A DNA stretch of 63,957 bases, counting the filler, from Reclinomonas americana ATCC 50394 (taxonomy: Eukaryota): assembly GCA_048213135.1 (NCBI GenBank). It is 16 parts of 16 records of this genome, joined end to end, with 100 filler letters (N's around TTAATTAATTAA, not from the genome) between each part and the next. Parts side by side here need not be neighbours in the genome. Positions count along the whole stretch, not along the records: positions 20,680 to 22,448 come from AFZH01016992.1; positions 22,549 to 31,745 come from AFZH01016993.1; positions 31,846 to 32,884 come from AFZH01016994.1; positions 32,985 to 36,000 come from AFZH01016995.1; 12 more parts are not named here. One strand, 5' to 3'. Shown here in pieces: positions 21,114 through 34,700 of this stretch. Both the position numbers and the translations under genes were made by a program. Each line of letters starts with the position of its first letter. The stretch's first letter is position 1. Under the pieces are notes generated by a model. That model made no database searches. It was not told the DNA's origin and saw only the letters and a program-made list of their open reading frames with translations.

Positions 21114-22211
21114 TCAAAAACGGAGGCGGTCGTCGGCGATACAGCGATGAACAATGACTTCGGCCTCCTCGACCAGGAAGCAACGCAGCACCATCTCCGG
21201 CAAGCAGCGGGGATCCTCGTCGACCTCTCCGTCGTCCTCTTGCATCTCCCGCACAGCGCGCATCGCCGCGCGGACGCAGTTGAGTTCCAGACGCGCAAGA
21301 CCGCATGGAGAAGACCACACTCGCACTGCGCGGTCACGACCGCCGCTCGCAACGTGCTGACCATCGGGGGAAACGCAGACGGACAACGCTGCCACAGTGT
21401 GTCCCTCTAGCCATCGCACTTCCTCTCCCCTTGCCAGTGACCACAAGCGAATCATCTTGTCCTCACCTCCACTCACAACGAGTTGACCATTGGGAGTGAC
21501 GGCAACAGAGAACACAACGTCAGTGTGCCCGTTCAGTCGCCGCACCTCCTCGCCACTCGCCAGTTTCCACACTCGCACCGTCCTGTCGGCACTTCCGCTC
21601 ACAACAAACTGGTCGTCAGGAGTGACACTGACGGACGACACACGTCCAGTGTGTCCCTCCATTCGTCGCACCTCCTCCCCACTCGCCAGTGACCACACTC
21701 GCACTGCGTTGTCCTCACTGCCGCTCACTATGTGCTGACCATCGCGAGTGAGGGCAACAGACCATACACCCCCAGCGTGTCCCTGGAACAGTCGCACTTC
21801 CTCCCCACTCGCCATTGACCACGCGCGCATGGTGCCATCTGTACTGCCACTCACAATGTACTGTCCATCGGGAGTGATGGCAACAGAAGGCACCAAATTG
21901 GTGTGTCCCTCCATTCGTCGCACCTCCTCCCCACTCGCCAGTGACCACACGCGCACTGTCTTATCATAGCTGCCACTGATGATGTGTCGACCGTCGGGAG
22001 TGACGGCAACATATCGCACCCAGGAAGAGTGTCCCTCGAACCGTTGGACTTCCTCGCCGCTCGCCAGCGACCACACGCGCACGGTCATATCCTTACCCCC
22101 GCTCACCACGTGCTGGCCATCGGGAGTGAAGGTGACAGCCAACGCCCAGCTAGTGTGCTTCCATATGCACTTGGACGGGAGGGAAGCAGGAGGAGAAGGG
22201 GTCGAGGCCAT
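21114..22211 (-). CDS. WD40 family paralogue B7
   Basis: MASTPSPPASLPSKC; 7 repeats; conserved tail. Confidence 0.93.
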   Translation of the reverse strand: MASTPSPPASLPSKCIWKHTSWALAVTFTPDGQHVVSGGKDMTVRVWSLASGEEVQRFEGHSSWVRYVAVTPDGRHIISGSYDKTVRVWSLASGEEVRRMEGHTNLVPSVAITPDGQYIVSGSTDGTMRAWSMASGEEVRLFQGHAGGVWSVALTRDGQHIVSGSEDNAVRVWSLASGEEVRRMEGHTGRVSSVSVTPDDQFVVSGSADRTVRVWKLASGEEVRRLNGHTDVVFSVAVTPNGQLVVSGGEDKMIRLWSLARGEEVRWLEGHTVAALSVCVSPDGQHVASGGRDRAVRVWSSPCGLARLELNCVRAAMRAVREMQEDDGEVDEDPRCLPEMVLRCFLVEEAEVIVHRCIADDRLRF

Positions 22212-22320
22212 GGTGCGTGCGTCCGTGCGTGCGTGAGAAGCTGTGAGAGGTCTGTGAGATACTGTAGATGCGGAGGACATTACCGCATCTTCACTCGACT
22301 TTTCGTTGCTGCAGGGGTTC

Positions 22321-22402
<82 letters not shown>

Positions 22403-22548
22403 TAGTTCTTACGTTAAGTAAGAAACGAACGACGAACGAACGAAGAAGNNNNNNNNNNNNNNNNNNNNNNNNNNNNNNNNNNNNNNNNNNNNTTAATTAA
22501 TTAANNNNNNNNNNNNNNNNNNNNNNNNNNNNNNNNNNNNNNNNNNNN

Positions 22549-22835
22549 TCGTCGCCACTCACCAGTGACCACACTCGCACTGTCTCGTCTCGGCCCCCAC
22601 TCACCACACACTGGCCATCTGGCGTAACAACAACAGCAAACACCCACCCAAAGTGCCCTTTGAAACGTCGCACCTCCTCGCCGCTCGCCAGCGACCACAT
22701 GCGCACGGTCGAATCCTTACTCCCGCTCACCACGTGCCGACCATCGGGAGTGAATGCAACAGCGAACACCCAGTTAGTGTGCTCCCATAGACGCTTGCAC
22801 AGGAGTGGAGCGGGAGGAGAAGGAGTCGAGGTCAT
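22549..22835 (-). CDS. WD40 family paralogue B8 (5' part; rest in gap)
   Basis: MTSTPSPPAPLLCKRL + 2 repeats running into the gap. Confidence 0.8.
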
Positions 22836-23166
22836 CGTGCGCGTGCAATCAACTGTGAAGGACACTCGCAAATGTCGACGTTGGCTCTTCCTTGCTGTGT
22901 ACCTTGCACCACACAGCCTCCTGCACACCAATGCCTTGCAGTAACTTATATAGTGAAGAAGATTGCAACTGCGCATGATCCCGACGTTAACGCGTTGACT
23001 TAAGGTACTTACTTGCAACTGCAATTGCACATGCAACTGCACGAACTTGTTCACACACACTGTTATCTTCCGGATAGATGCTTACGCTTATAGTTAGGCT
23101 AAGCGCATCGTGTAAACAGCTATATGTCAAGTGTCCCACTTATTTTTCCGATCAATCACTCCCATC

Positions 23167-26100
23167 ATGGCCGACAGCGGGCGCACCTCCTCTCTCAACG
23201 CCACCGCCGTCTACGGTGGCGCCGCCAGTGCCAGCAACAACAGTGGAGGCGGCAGTGAGACCACGCGTCTGTTGGCCTCCAGCACGCCCTCATCGAATGC
23301 CAGTGTGCGCTTGTATGATGCGCCAGTGGGTGGGGGTGTGTTGCCTCCGGGTGCGGGTGTGGGACCGGGTGCGGCGGCGGTGGCGCATGGGCCGAGGTTG
23401 ATGAGGGATACGATACTGGGGGAGGTGAGTGGGAGGAGGAGAAGGGCAGAGAAGGAAGTGAGTGAGTGAGTGTATTAGCATGGGAGTGAGTGAGTTGAGC
23501 ATGGGAGTGAGTGAGTTGAGCATGGGAGTGAGTGAGAGTGAGAGAGTGAGAGAGTGAGTGGAGTGAGTGTGTGCAAGAGTGAGTGAGTGAGTGAGTGAGT
23601 GAGAGATTACAGTTGCTTGTTGCTTTCTGAGTGTAAATGAGTGTGTGCAAGAGTGAAAGAGGGAGAGTGTAGTGTGATCACGTGTCAGTTGTTGTATATG
23701 TTTGGCTTTGTGAGTGTAAGTACTCTCACACACACAACACTCAAACGCTCACAAAAACTAATGCGCAATCACACTTTCTCTCGCTTTCTTACTCACTTGC
23801 ACACACTCTCGCTCTCTCGTTCATGCACTCTTGCACCCGTGTGTATGTGTGTGAGAAAGTGAGAGAAAGTGAGAGAGAGTGTGTGCAAGTGAGCGAGTGA
23901 GTGTGATATTGAGTGAGTTTGTAAGTGTGCAAATGAGCAAGTGTGCGTTTTGTGTGTGCATGTGTGTGTGTTTGTGAGTGAGCGCGGGGGAGAGCAAGAG
24001 CAAGAGAGTTAGAGTGAGAGAAGAGTGAGCAAGTGATATTTGCTGAGTTTGTGAGTGCTCTCTTTGTGTGTGCTCTTTGTGTGCGTGTTTGTGTTTGTGA
24101 GTGCATGGAGAGTGGTGCTGCATGCGCGCTGTGCTGTGTGCTTGCGTGGAGAGTTAGTCCGAGGGCGCGCAAGTGATCGCGACATTTCGTCACTCTTTTG
24201 CACACACACACACGCGCACACCTCCCCTCACTCTTTAGTGTGAGTGTATACCTATGCATGAGTATGTGCCTCTGTGTGTGCATGTCGAGAAAACAAGAGA
24301 GATGGAGTCCTGACGCACTGCTCAACTGATGCAAACAACAGCCTGCGCTGCTGAAGAAGCTCACTGCCGAGTTCATTGGCACTCTGCTCTTTGTCTTCTC
24401 CGGTGTGAGCACCATCAACAACGTCTCCAACCCGCTGTACAACAACCGGAGTCCGGCCACGCTGCTGGAGGTCGGCTTCGGGCATGGCATGTCGATTCTG
24501 GTGCTGGTCTACACGTTTGGTGTGATCTCGGGCGCGCATTTCAACCCGGCGGTGACGCTGGCGCTGGTTGTCGGCCGCGAGTGTCGCCCGCTGACCGGTC
24601 TCTTTTATATCTTGTGCCAGCTGGGTGGCGCGGTGGCGGGGTTGCGTTTTTTGGGGGAAGGGCGAAGGAGGGAAAGGTGAAGGTGTTTATGATGGGTTGT
24701 GTTACTGCAGAGCGGCGCTGGTGCTCGGGATCAATCCGGATGCGTTGGATCGGACGGCGTTGGGCACGTTCTGTTGCGTGAAGGGAGGGGGGAGGGGGAA
24801 GGAGAGGGAGGAGAAGGAGAGGGAGTAGGGGCAGTGGAAGGTGAAAGGAGTGCAGGCGACAGAATGAGGTTATACAGGGAATAGGAACAGAAGGACGTGG
24901 AAGGAAAGTTGGCGAACGGGAAAAGAGTCAACAGAATGCGGGTAGAAGATTGAGGAACAGGGCAAGATAGCGAAAAGAAGGACTCGGATTTGGAGAGCGG
25001 GGGAGAAGAGAAGACACTGGACAGAAGGAGGGTTGGAGAAAGACAAAGAAGAATAGAATGCGAAAGGTCAGAGATAGACTATGAGAAGAAGGACTTGGAT
25101 TTGGAGATGAGATGGGAGAAACGAGGGGAGAGGGAATGACACTGTGAGTCTCAAAAGATTGAGAGGAAGGGCATTACTCACTGTGAAAGAGGACTTAAAT
25201 ATGAGGAACAGAGGAGAATTGCGAAAGCTGAGAGTAGCAAGAGAGGATGCAGCAGAAATGAATGGAGAGGGACTCAAGAATGGTCAGCATGGGATGAGTC
25301 TGTTTGTCGTGGCGTGAGAACTGTTGCAGAATGAAATATAGTGAGCGTATTGCTTGGAGAGTTGAGCAGAGCATTTCTTTTGTTTCTTTTCTCTGACGCG
25401 ATCTTTTCTGTTTTCGTTGCGAACTCAATCCTCTCCCTCCCTCCCTCCTCTCTCTCTCTCCCTCTCTCTTTCTCTTTCTCTCTCTCTCTCCAGCCCTGCT
25501 GCTCACCTGTTCCATGTCCGCACACAGCACTAGGACTGGACGTCACAACGGGGCAAGTGCGTGCAGCTGCGTCTTTCGCCACTTATCGATTATGCTCTCA
25601 TCCTCGGTGCTGTGCAGGGACTGTGCGCAGAAATCATCGCGACGTTCTTTTTGATGCTCGTCGTGTGGGGCACGGCTGTAAATCCGCACCACATTGAGGA
25701 TGGACCGAAGTTTAACTTTATGTTGCGTACATGGGCTGGTTCCGCGATGCGTGTGGCTTGTCTTGTTATTCTTTCGTCGGTTGCTCCTCATTCGGCATTA
25801 TCAACCCCTTTTCTTCCTCTCTCGTTGTCGCTCTCTCTGTCTGTCTCGCTGACTTACTCTCTCTCGCTCTCTCACACTGTCTGCCTGTCTGCCTGCCTGC
25901 CTGCCTGTTTGTGTCTATGTACATCTCATTCTGTGTGTGTCCCTCTATCTCTCTTTCCGTGTGTCTCTATCTCGATGTTTCTGTGTCTCTCGATGTTTGT
26001 GTGTGAATATCTCTGTGTGTTCTCTCTCTCTCTCTCTCTCTGTATTTCTCACTCTCTAGTCTTCTCCCTCGCCGATTACCACTTCTCCCCGACCCTCTTT

Positions 26101-26994
26101 CTCCACCTCCCGCTCCCTTTCATTCCTCCTCTTCTTCGTTCAAGCTCTTTCCACATGCTCTGTCTTGATCTCTCTCTTCTGCGCGACAAGCGAGGCATGA
26201 GACGCCAGACACGCGCTACATGCATTGAATGCATTCTATCACTGCTTCTCCTCATCGTCGTTCGTGATGCAGGTTTGCTGGCATGGCCATCGGCTTCGTC
26301 ATTGTCGTCGACATCCTCGCGGCTGGACCCATCACCGGCGCATGTTGCGTTTCACAAGCCTAGCTAGAAAAACTATGGATAAGCTTTCTTTCTCTATCTG
26401 TCTGTGGGTGTCTCTCTCTCTCTCTGTCGCACAGCATGTTTGTGACGCCTTGTACAATGTTTCTCGTTTGTACTTGCCGACCTTTCATTCCACTTTCTGC
26501 TTCTCCGCTCTCCGCCTTTCTCTCTTCGTGTTCTCTCCTGCAGTCTTCTCGTTTTCGCACCCTCTCCGCCGCTTTTACTCTGCATTCTCCACCCGTCTCC
26601 TTTCTCCACACCGTTTCTCCACCGCCTACCTTCCCTCCCTTCTCAGCACTCCTTCTCCATTCACTCCGTCTTCGCCATCCGTCCCTTCTCCTCTTCCCAT
26701 CCTGCTCCTTTCCTTGTCCGTTCCCCCTCCTTCTCGCCGTCTTCGCCTTTCTCTGCCCTATTCCTTCCGTCCCTAATCCTTCCCCTCCCCATTCCTTCCC
26801 CCTCCTTCCCCTCCCCGCTTCCCACCCCCCTCTTCCATATGACAGGCATGAACCCAGCACGCCACTTTGGCGTCTCCGTCGTCGCCAACAAGTGGAGCTC
26901 GTGGTGGATCTACTACGTCGGACCATGCGTCGGCTCCGTCTTCGCCACCGTTCTCTACGTGCTCGTCCTCGCACCCGGTGTCAAGGGCGCATAA
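23167..26994 (+). CDS. Aquaporin / MIP channel, multi-exon
   Basis: AEFIGTLLFVF, ISGAHFNPAVT, AEIIATFFLM, GPITGACMNPARHFG, WWIYYVGP: both NPA motifs present. Confidence 0.93.
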
Positions 26995-27112
26995 CACGCT
27001 CACAGAGAGAGAGAGGGAGAAACAACCAACACTGGAGGAGTGAGCGCTGCATGCCAACAACGTACATGAACAATGAACATGCAATTCACTTGTCCTCTCA
27101 AGTGCTTCTCAA

Positions 27113-27210
27113 ATGACGAGTCTTCTCACGCAAGTGCTGCTGCTTCCTGTGCAAGGTGCCCTGCTGGTTATTCTCACCATCATAGCCATGGGTGAGCTTG
27201 CACATTGTGT

Positions 27211-27256
<46 letters not shown>

Positions 27257-27466
27257 AGTGACTGACTGATTCCGTGTGTGCAGTGGGCTCTGTCTTTCGA
27301 TTCCTTGTGTGTGCCTCCCGCCCGGATCCTATCTCGTTGCGCATGAGGGACACTAAGGGAAGAAGAGAGAAGAGAGAGAGAGGCAAATGAGGGAAGAGAA
27401 AGGGAATCAGAGTGAGCAGAGAGAGAGAGAGACAGGCATAACGATGAGCGCAGAAGCACAGAGTGA

Positions 27467-27507
<41 letters not shown>

Positions 27508-29453
27508 AGAAAGAACAGTGAGGCAGACAGCTTGCTCATTGACAGTCACTGCGGGAAGGAGAAGAAGACCAAGGAGAAAATGAAGCACTTAAACTCACAG
27601 TTAGGGAGACAGCTTGATTGTTGACAGTCATCGAGACAAGGGGAAGGAAGGAGAAGAAGAGCTGACGAGAAGCAGCACTCAACAACTCAGTGAGACATAC
27701 AATGACGAGAAGGAGAAGAGGAAAAAGAAGATAAGCAAGAAGAAGGAGAAGTAGAAGCTGAGACACCTGACGCTCACAGAGGCAGACAGCTTCATTGTGA
27801 AAGTCACCGAGAGAAGGACGAGAAGAGAAGAAGCTCACTGCACGACAGACCAGTCTATTCTTCGTTGACAGTCACTGAGACAAGAAGACGGGCAAGAGCA
27901 AGGAGAGATGAAGCAGAGGCGCTTGGCAACTCACAGTGGGGCAAGCAGCTTGCTCGTACACAGTCACGGAGACAAGAAGACAGGCAAGAGCAAGGAGAAG
28001 ATGAAACAGAGGCGCTTGGCAACTTACAGTGGGGCAGGCAGCTTGCTCGTACACAGTCACGGAGACTAAGAGAAGAACATAAAGGAGAATCACTTGCCTC
28101 TCACCCTTTCCTTCCCCTTCCCCCTCATCCAGCACCCCCTCCTCCGTGGTCATCACTGGAGCCTCCTCGGGCATTGGCCACGCGCTGGCCGTGGAGCTGG
28201 CCACGCACCACCGCGGCATTCGCCTGTGCCTCACTGGCCGCAACGAGGCCACTCTGCGCAAGGTCGCCGACGAGTGCACAGCGCGAGGGGCGCGCGAGGT
28301 GGTACTGGGCGTGTTGGATGTGAGCAATGCGGCGGCGTTGCGTGAGTGGCTCGTGCAGTGCGACGATGCGGAACCGGTGGATGTGGTGGTGGCGAATGCG
28401 GGGGTGTCGGAGGCCACCAGTCGGGGCGAGTCGGATGCGGATCGCATGGAGGAGGTGTTTGGCACCAATGTGCAGGGTGAGTGAAGGGGGGGAAGAAGGG
28501 GGGGAGGGGGGAGGGGAAAGGAGAAGGAGGAAGAGAGACAGGGAGGTCGCTTGGCCGTCTTTGTGTGAGCTTGTTTGGTCCTTCCTCGTTCTTTGGATAC
28601 TGTAGCCTCGCCACGCATTTCCCGATTGCTACTCCCTCTTCTTTCTTCGTTTTGTCTGTCCATCTTGAACTCCTTGACACTTACGTGGGCGTTCTCGAGA
28701 AGCGAGACGATCTTTAAGCGCGTTTCGATTCTCTGCTCCATATTTTCTCTCTCTCTTTTTCTCTTTTCCCCGCTGTGTTGTCAATCTATGTGTTGTGCAG
28801 ATAATGCCTCATGGCGTGAATGCTTTCCTTTCTTCCTCGTTTTATTAGCATGCTTTATCCTCTGTTCCTCAATTTTCTACAGTTGTGCAGGATGCTTGCA
28901 TGCTTCACGTACTCTTTTCCTAGCTCCCTCTCTGTTTTCTCTCCCTCTCCCACTCATCGCTCTCTCCTTCTCCCTCCCCCAATCTTCTCCCCTCTCTTCC
29001 CTCCCCACAGGCGTCTTCAACACCGTCTTCCCCCTCCTGGCCCGCTTCAGTGCGCGCCACCGCGGCAAATTCGTCGTCGTCGACTCGATCGCCTCGTACG
29101 CACCGTCGGGGCAGACGGCACCGTCGTACGCCGCCTCCAAGTCCGCCGCACGCATGTTCACGCAGTGCATGCGCGCCAAGTACGCGCCACTCGGTGTCAT
29201 GTTCCAGTCGGTGTCGCCCGGCTTTGTCAGCACGCCCATGCTCGACGCGCGACGACGGCGCCTGGAGATGCCGGCCGGCAAGCGCATGCCGACCGAGGTG
29301 CAGTCCGACGAGGCGGCGCGCATCATTCGGTGCGGAATGGCGCGTGGCGACGCCGTGGTGGCCTTCCCGCGCTCCCTCGACACGCTGGTGTGGTGTGCGT
29401 CGGCGTTGCCGAGCAAGGTGCAGGCGGTGCTGAATGGCATGTTGGGGTCGTGA
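27113..29453 (+). CDS. Short-chain dehydrogenase/reductase with N-terminal hydrophobic anchor, 4 exons
   Basis: VITGASSGIG, VVVANAGV, TNVQG|VFNTV, SIAS, YAASK, VSPGFVSTPM; upstream exons joined in phase. Confidence 0.88.
27850..28075. repeat. Intronic tandem repeat (~95-bp units; more degenerate copies back to ~27510)
   Basis: cagtcac..agacaagaagac.ggcaagagcaaggaga..gatgaa.cagaggcgcttggcaact.acagtggggca.gcagcttgctcgtaca repeated. Confidence 0.8.
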
Positions 29454-29744
29454 GTGGCGAGCGGGGTGAGTGAAGGGGGTGGGGAAGAAGGAGATGGCTT
29501 GGAGAGAGGGCGGAGATCGTGATCCGGTGAGTTGTCCAGCGATGCTAGTCGCACGCAGGTGAGGCGTTGGGTGCTGCGGTTGGGAGCACTTCACTGGGGG
29601 TGCTGCAGAACACTCTCAGCTGCAGCGCATGCAGCGCTCGCTCTGCAGGTTTCGGTTTTCAAACGAATGCTCCGCCAGCTGCTGTGCGAACAGCATCGGG
29701 ACTGCTACACGCAAGACGTTTGCTGTCCGAGTCGTACGTGATCC

Positions 29745-30225
29745 TTACGAAGGGATGGTCAGTCGGTCAAAAAACAAGGGCACAGCACCCGCTAGGCGCT
29801 GAATTCGTGGTAGCTGAGTGCTGCAATAGCGCCCCGTTGGTTCTAATTGCCCTGAGGCTGCGGCGCAGCTGCTGCTGGTGGGTTTGTTTGCACAGCGGAA
29901 AGCGAACATCGCATAGTCCGCCCGCAGGATCTCCACACAGCACTTGTCTACTACTCAATGCCCATCTTCTTCAGCGACGCCCGGGTAGTCTGTGCGCACG
30001 ATCCAACTTGGGTGAAAACAATCGGCACGTACGTAACCACCGCTTCAGTGTGCGTCCGGATCTTCTCCACCAGCTCGGCATACTTCGCCAACTTGCGGTC
30101 GGTACGCATTCTGCAACGCCTCTTCGTCCTTCGGGTACGCCACGGTGAGCTCCACAATCAGCATCTTCGTCACCTGTGCATCGGCACCTGGACCTGCTCG
30201 AGTCACAGCCACAATGTCTGGGTTC
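29745..30225 (-). mobile_element. Decayed 3' end of an RLE-type (R2-superfamily-like) non-LTR retrotransposon
   Basis: PDIVAV..LIVELTVAYP..RKLAKYAELV..YVPIVFTQVG..CCVEILRADYAMFAFRC with frameshifts and stops; homologous to 45085-45305. Confidence 0.8.
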
Positions 30226-30478
30226 TCCTATGTTTTCATCGATATCAATATCACTGGCGCTTTGCAAGTCGAATTCCAGCCAGACGCAATGTTTGGCAAC
30301 GATTGAGGGGCTCGCAAGACTGAGCGAAGGGGAACGTGCTTTGCCACTTGCCTCGTTTCACCCGAGAAATACACTTGTCCCCGCGTCCCACCAATGCAAT
30401 CCGACAACATTTTCGCGCCAAAAACACACAAACCAAACCGCGCGCGACACGCACAGAGACAAGAGAGGCAGACAAAGG

Positions 30479-31016
30479 ATGGACGACACACTGCCTCCTC
30501 TCCCGCCACTTCCGCCACTGGATGATGAACTCATGCCCGAAGTGGGCAAACACGACATGAGCGCCCATGTCACACAAGAAAGTTACACACACACAGACAC
30601 ACACAGACAAGCTTGAGTACTCACACAGCTCTCTCTTTATGCTTGTGCGTGTGTGTGTGTGTGTGTTTGCTCTCTAGTGAGTGAACTGCAACACATGCAT
30701 GGAGAAGACGATGATGACGATGAAGGTGGCTTTGTCACTGCGTGCCCGTTCAAGGCCGGATCGTCAATGTCGGTTGAGAATTTGGGCGTTGTTGGTGCGT
30801 TGGGCTGTACAGAGGCAATGTCGGTCGCACACTCGCACGCGCGCGCGCAACTGAGAGAGAGAGAAATCGTGCTCTTTGTTGTCTCTCTCTCTCTCATGTG
30901 TTCAAGTGCGTGTTGTCTTCCTGTGTGTGTGCGAGGTTCTGTCTCTCTCTCTCTCACACACACACACGCACACACTATGTCTTTCAGAGTTGTCTCTGCA
31001 CTGAGGCGACCTGTTG

Positions 31017-31052
<36 letters not shown>

Positions 31053-31260
31053 CCTCTCTCTCCACCCCCCTTCTCTCTCTCTGCGCAGGTTATCTCGCAC
31101 AGTTGTCTCTGTTCTGTGAGGCGATCTATTGTCATCCTCACGCACTCAATGCGCATTGCTTCTCTCTCTCTCTCTCTCTCGCTCGCAGAGTTGTGTGCGT
31201 CGATCTGTTGTCTTCCTCTTTCGCTCAAGTGCGCGTTGCCCTCGTGTGTGAGAGAGAGAG

Positions 31261-31297
<37 letters not shown>

Positions 31298-31665
31298 GGT
31301 TGTGTCCCACAGTTGTCTCTGATCTCCTAGCTCCGTGACGCGACGAATTCTCTCTCATCTGCTCACGTGTACATTGCCCTTCTCTCTCACTATCAGTTGA
31401 CTCTCACAGTTGTCTTTCTCCTTTCTTTGTGGCGCGACTTGTTGCTCCTGCTGTCATCTGCTCGTGCGTGCTTAGCCCTTCTCTCCGGAGTTGTCTCTCA
31501 CAGTTGTCTCTGCACTGTGAGAAGACCTGTTGTCTCTGTTGTATGCGTCCGTGCTGTCTTCTGCCTGAGGCTCTCCCTGTCTCCCTCCTCGTGCGAGTCG
31601 TCTCTCACATTTGTCTGTGCCTCTCATGCTCTGTGAAGCAATCTGTTTTTTTCTTCCCTCTCTCT

Positions 31666-31745
<80 letters not shown>

Positions 31746-34700
31746 NNNNNNNNNNNNNNNNNNNNNNNNNNNNNNNNNNNNNNNNNNNNTTAATTAATTA
31801 ANNNNNNNNNNNNNNNNNNNNNNNNNNNNNNNNNNNNNNNNNNNNCGTTCGGTCGGACGGTACGGTTCCGTTCCTTCCTACCACTTTACGTTTCGTTCGT
31901 TGTCCGTCCTCCTACTAGTCTCTCGTCGTAGACGTACTACTTTTTCGTTTTCCTTCTCTCTCTCCTCTCTCTCTCTCTCTCCCCTCTCTCTCTCCCTCTC
32001 TCCCTCTCCCTCCCCCTGCAGGATGTCTCTCCCACCGTGTCTCCGCTTCGCTTTCCTCTGCTTCCTCCCTCTTTCCCTCCCATCTCATCATTCACGCGTC
32101 TGTTCCCTTTCTCTCGCTCAATGACCTTACCACCCTTTGCCTCCACTTTGCCATTCTCAGTCCGCCCCGGTCGCGGCGCCAGCGAAGCCGCCCTCGCACA
32201 GACCGCCAAGGCCGTGCGCTTCGCCACTGCGCGCTACCTGTACACTGTTGGCTTTGAGAGTCGGCGACAGAATGTACCTTCGCACGCCCACCCCGGATCC
32301 AAGTTGCGCATCGCCTTCTCAGTCTCCCCGACCTATCAGTTCTCACCCCCTTTCTCCCGTTTGCGCAGAACCACCTACACATCGCGCATCTCAGATCGCG
32401 ACGGCTTCCCCTGGTTCACCGTGTTCGCCGAGGATAACCCCGACCGGCTATTCGAGGCCGACACGCCGAGTGGCGCATGGAAAATGGCACTGGAGGCGGC
32501 CACTCCCGGCCGGCAGGTGTCGGTGTCGGGACCCGAATACTACGGCCTGTCGAGCATCACTGTGCAGGACGCAATCATGGCATTGCCGGGGGCACGTGCC
32601 GCGCTGGCTGCCTTTGACCCGCAGGCACCGCGGCTGGTCAGCCCCAATGCTGGCTTGACGAAGCTGAAGCGGAGGGAGTTGCAGCAGGAGGTGCGGAAGA
32701 GGGAGAAGGGAGAGCGGGGAAAGAAGGAGGAGAAGCTATAGTGTGCGAGACTGACACGTGTATTTGGAGATTGCGGTTGCAGAAATGAGAATAGATGGGT
32801 GAGTGAGAGGCATTTGGAAGAGGAAGAGGAAGGTAGACCGCCGGAAGGGATTTCTCATCTCTCCTCGCGTCTCATCTCTCCTCTNNNNNNNNNNNNNNNN
32901 NNNNNNNNNNNNNNNNNNNNNNNNNNNNTTAATTAATTAANNNNNNNNNNNNNNNNNNNNNNNNNNNNNNNNNNNNNNNNNNNNTCTCCTCTCCCCTTCG
33001 CTTTATGCAAGAAAGAGTGGAAGACTAGAACAGAGCAGAGATGGGAAGATATTGCACCGACAAGTAGAGAGTGAGGTGGGTGAAGACACAACAACAGCGC
33101 GGTGACGAAGTACTGGAATTGAGGACTGGTCATTACACGCGATGCACTCACAGGGAAGAGAAGAGAAGGAAACGAGATGCAGAGAGGAGCAAGCAAGTTG
33201 CACCGTCAAGTGTAGAGAGTGAGATTAGAATGTTCCACACAGACGGTGGACACAAAGTTTATGTATTGCAACTCTGCTCCATGTATGGCCTCTCCCACTC
33301 GATTCTCCGTACCACATCCTCGAACCTGCAGTGTGTCACTTTTCGTTTCTATGTTTCTCTGCATCTCGCGTTTTCTCTTCTCTTCGCTGCATGTAAAAGT
33401 CATTCATCCATCGCTCACTTTCTCTTTCCCTTTCCCCTCCCTTCCCCCTCCCTTTCCCTCCCCTCCCTTCCCCTTTCCCTCTCCCTTCTCCTCCCTTCCC
33501 CCATTCCCTCCACAGGTGAACGAAGCAGTCCTCGCCAGCACCATCATCGGCGGCAGCAACAACAGCGCCAGCCTCGCCCTGGGTTTGGCTGCTTCGGAGG
33601 GAGACCTGGTGTTGTCGGCCAGTGGACGACCGATGCGCCGTGCCGCTATTCCCAAGACCGAGGCCGAGTTGCGAGCGGAGCGCGAGGCGGCAGAAGTGGA
33701 GGCCGCGAAGCGCAAAGTGGACAAGTTTTTGAAAAAGGAGGCACGCAGTCGGGCCGGCCGGAGGAGGGCTGGTGAGGAGGCCGCGAACGGCCTGGGCTTT
33801 GGTGGTGGCCACTCGTTGTCGTCGTCATCCACGACGACCACGACGACCACCACAACAGGCACGTCGGACAGAGGACCGACAAGCAGTGCCGATGCCGACC
33901 GTGCCAAGATGAAGATGTTGCTGATAGAGCGCGAGGTACCTTTTTATTCTCTTATCCGCCTTGTGTGCTGGAGCGCTGGAGTTGATTCATTTTCGTCGCG
34001 GCATGCAGGAGAGCCAGAGGAAGAAAGCGATTGAGGATTTCCGTGTGCGGGACTCGACAGAGATTCAGGAGCGCGCAGCGCGCTCCCTGCCCGTGCACAC
34101 CAGTCAGAGTGGCAGTGGTGGCAAGTCTCGACCGTATGCCACCCCGCACGAGGGCATCACGGACGACTACATTGTGCCGGTGTTGGAGCTGGGCATGTGG
34201 AGATTTATGACGGTGGGGTTGGAGATTTACGGAGGGCATGAGGTGGCGCCGCTGAGGGCGGAGGATTCGCCAGGTGAGGCAAAGGGGAAGGGAGAAAGGG
34301 AAGGGAAAGGAGGAAGAAGCATGGCCGTCTCACTCTCTTTTTCTGTTACAGCTGCCCAGCTGCGCAATTCGTGGGAGTTTGCGCATGCGTGCTATGTGAT
34401 AATGGAGTTGCTGTCGGCGCACATCAAGTCGGAGACGTGGTTCAATGCCGAGGTGCGGTGGTTGATGGTGTCTCTCGTCTCGCATGGAATTTTTCACTTT
34501 CTCTTAGAAAGAAAGAGTGTGTGAGAGAAGACAGTGAGAAAGTGAATCGTGAGGAGACTCTATTTCTGTCACTTCACTTTCTTTCACTCTCTCTCCTCAC
34601 TTTCATTTATCTCTCACTCATTTATCTCCCCTCCACACAGGTCCTGGAGCAGGCGCTCATCACGCCGGCGGATTACTGGCCACTCTTGCGCGATGTACAT

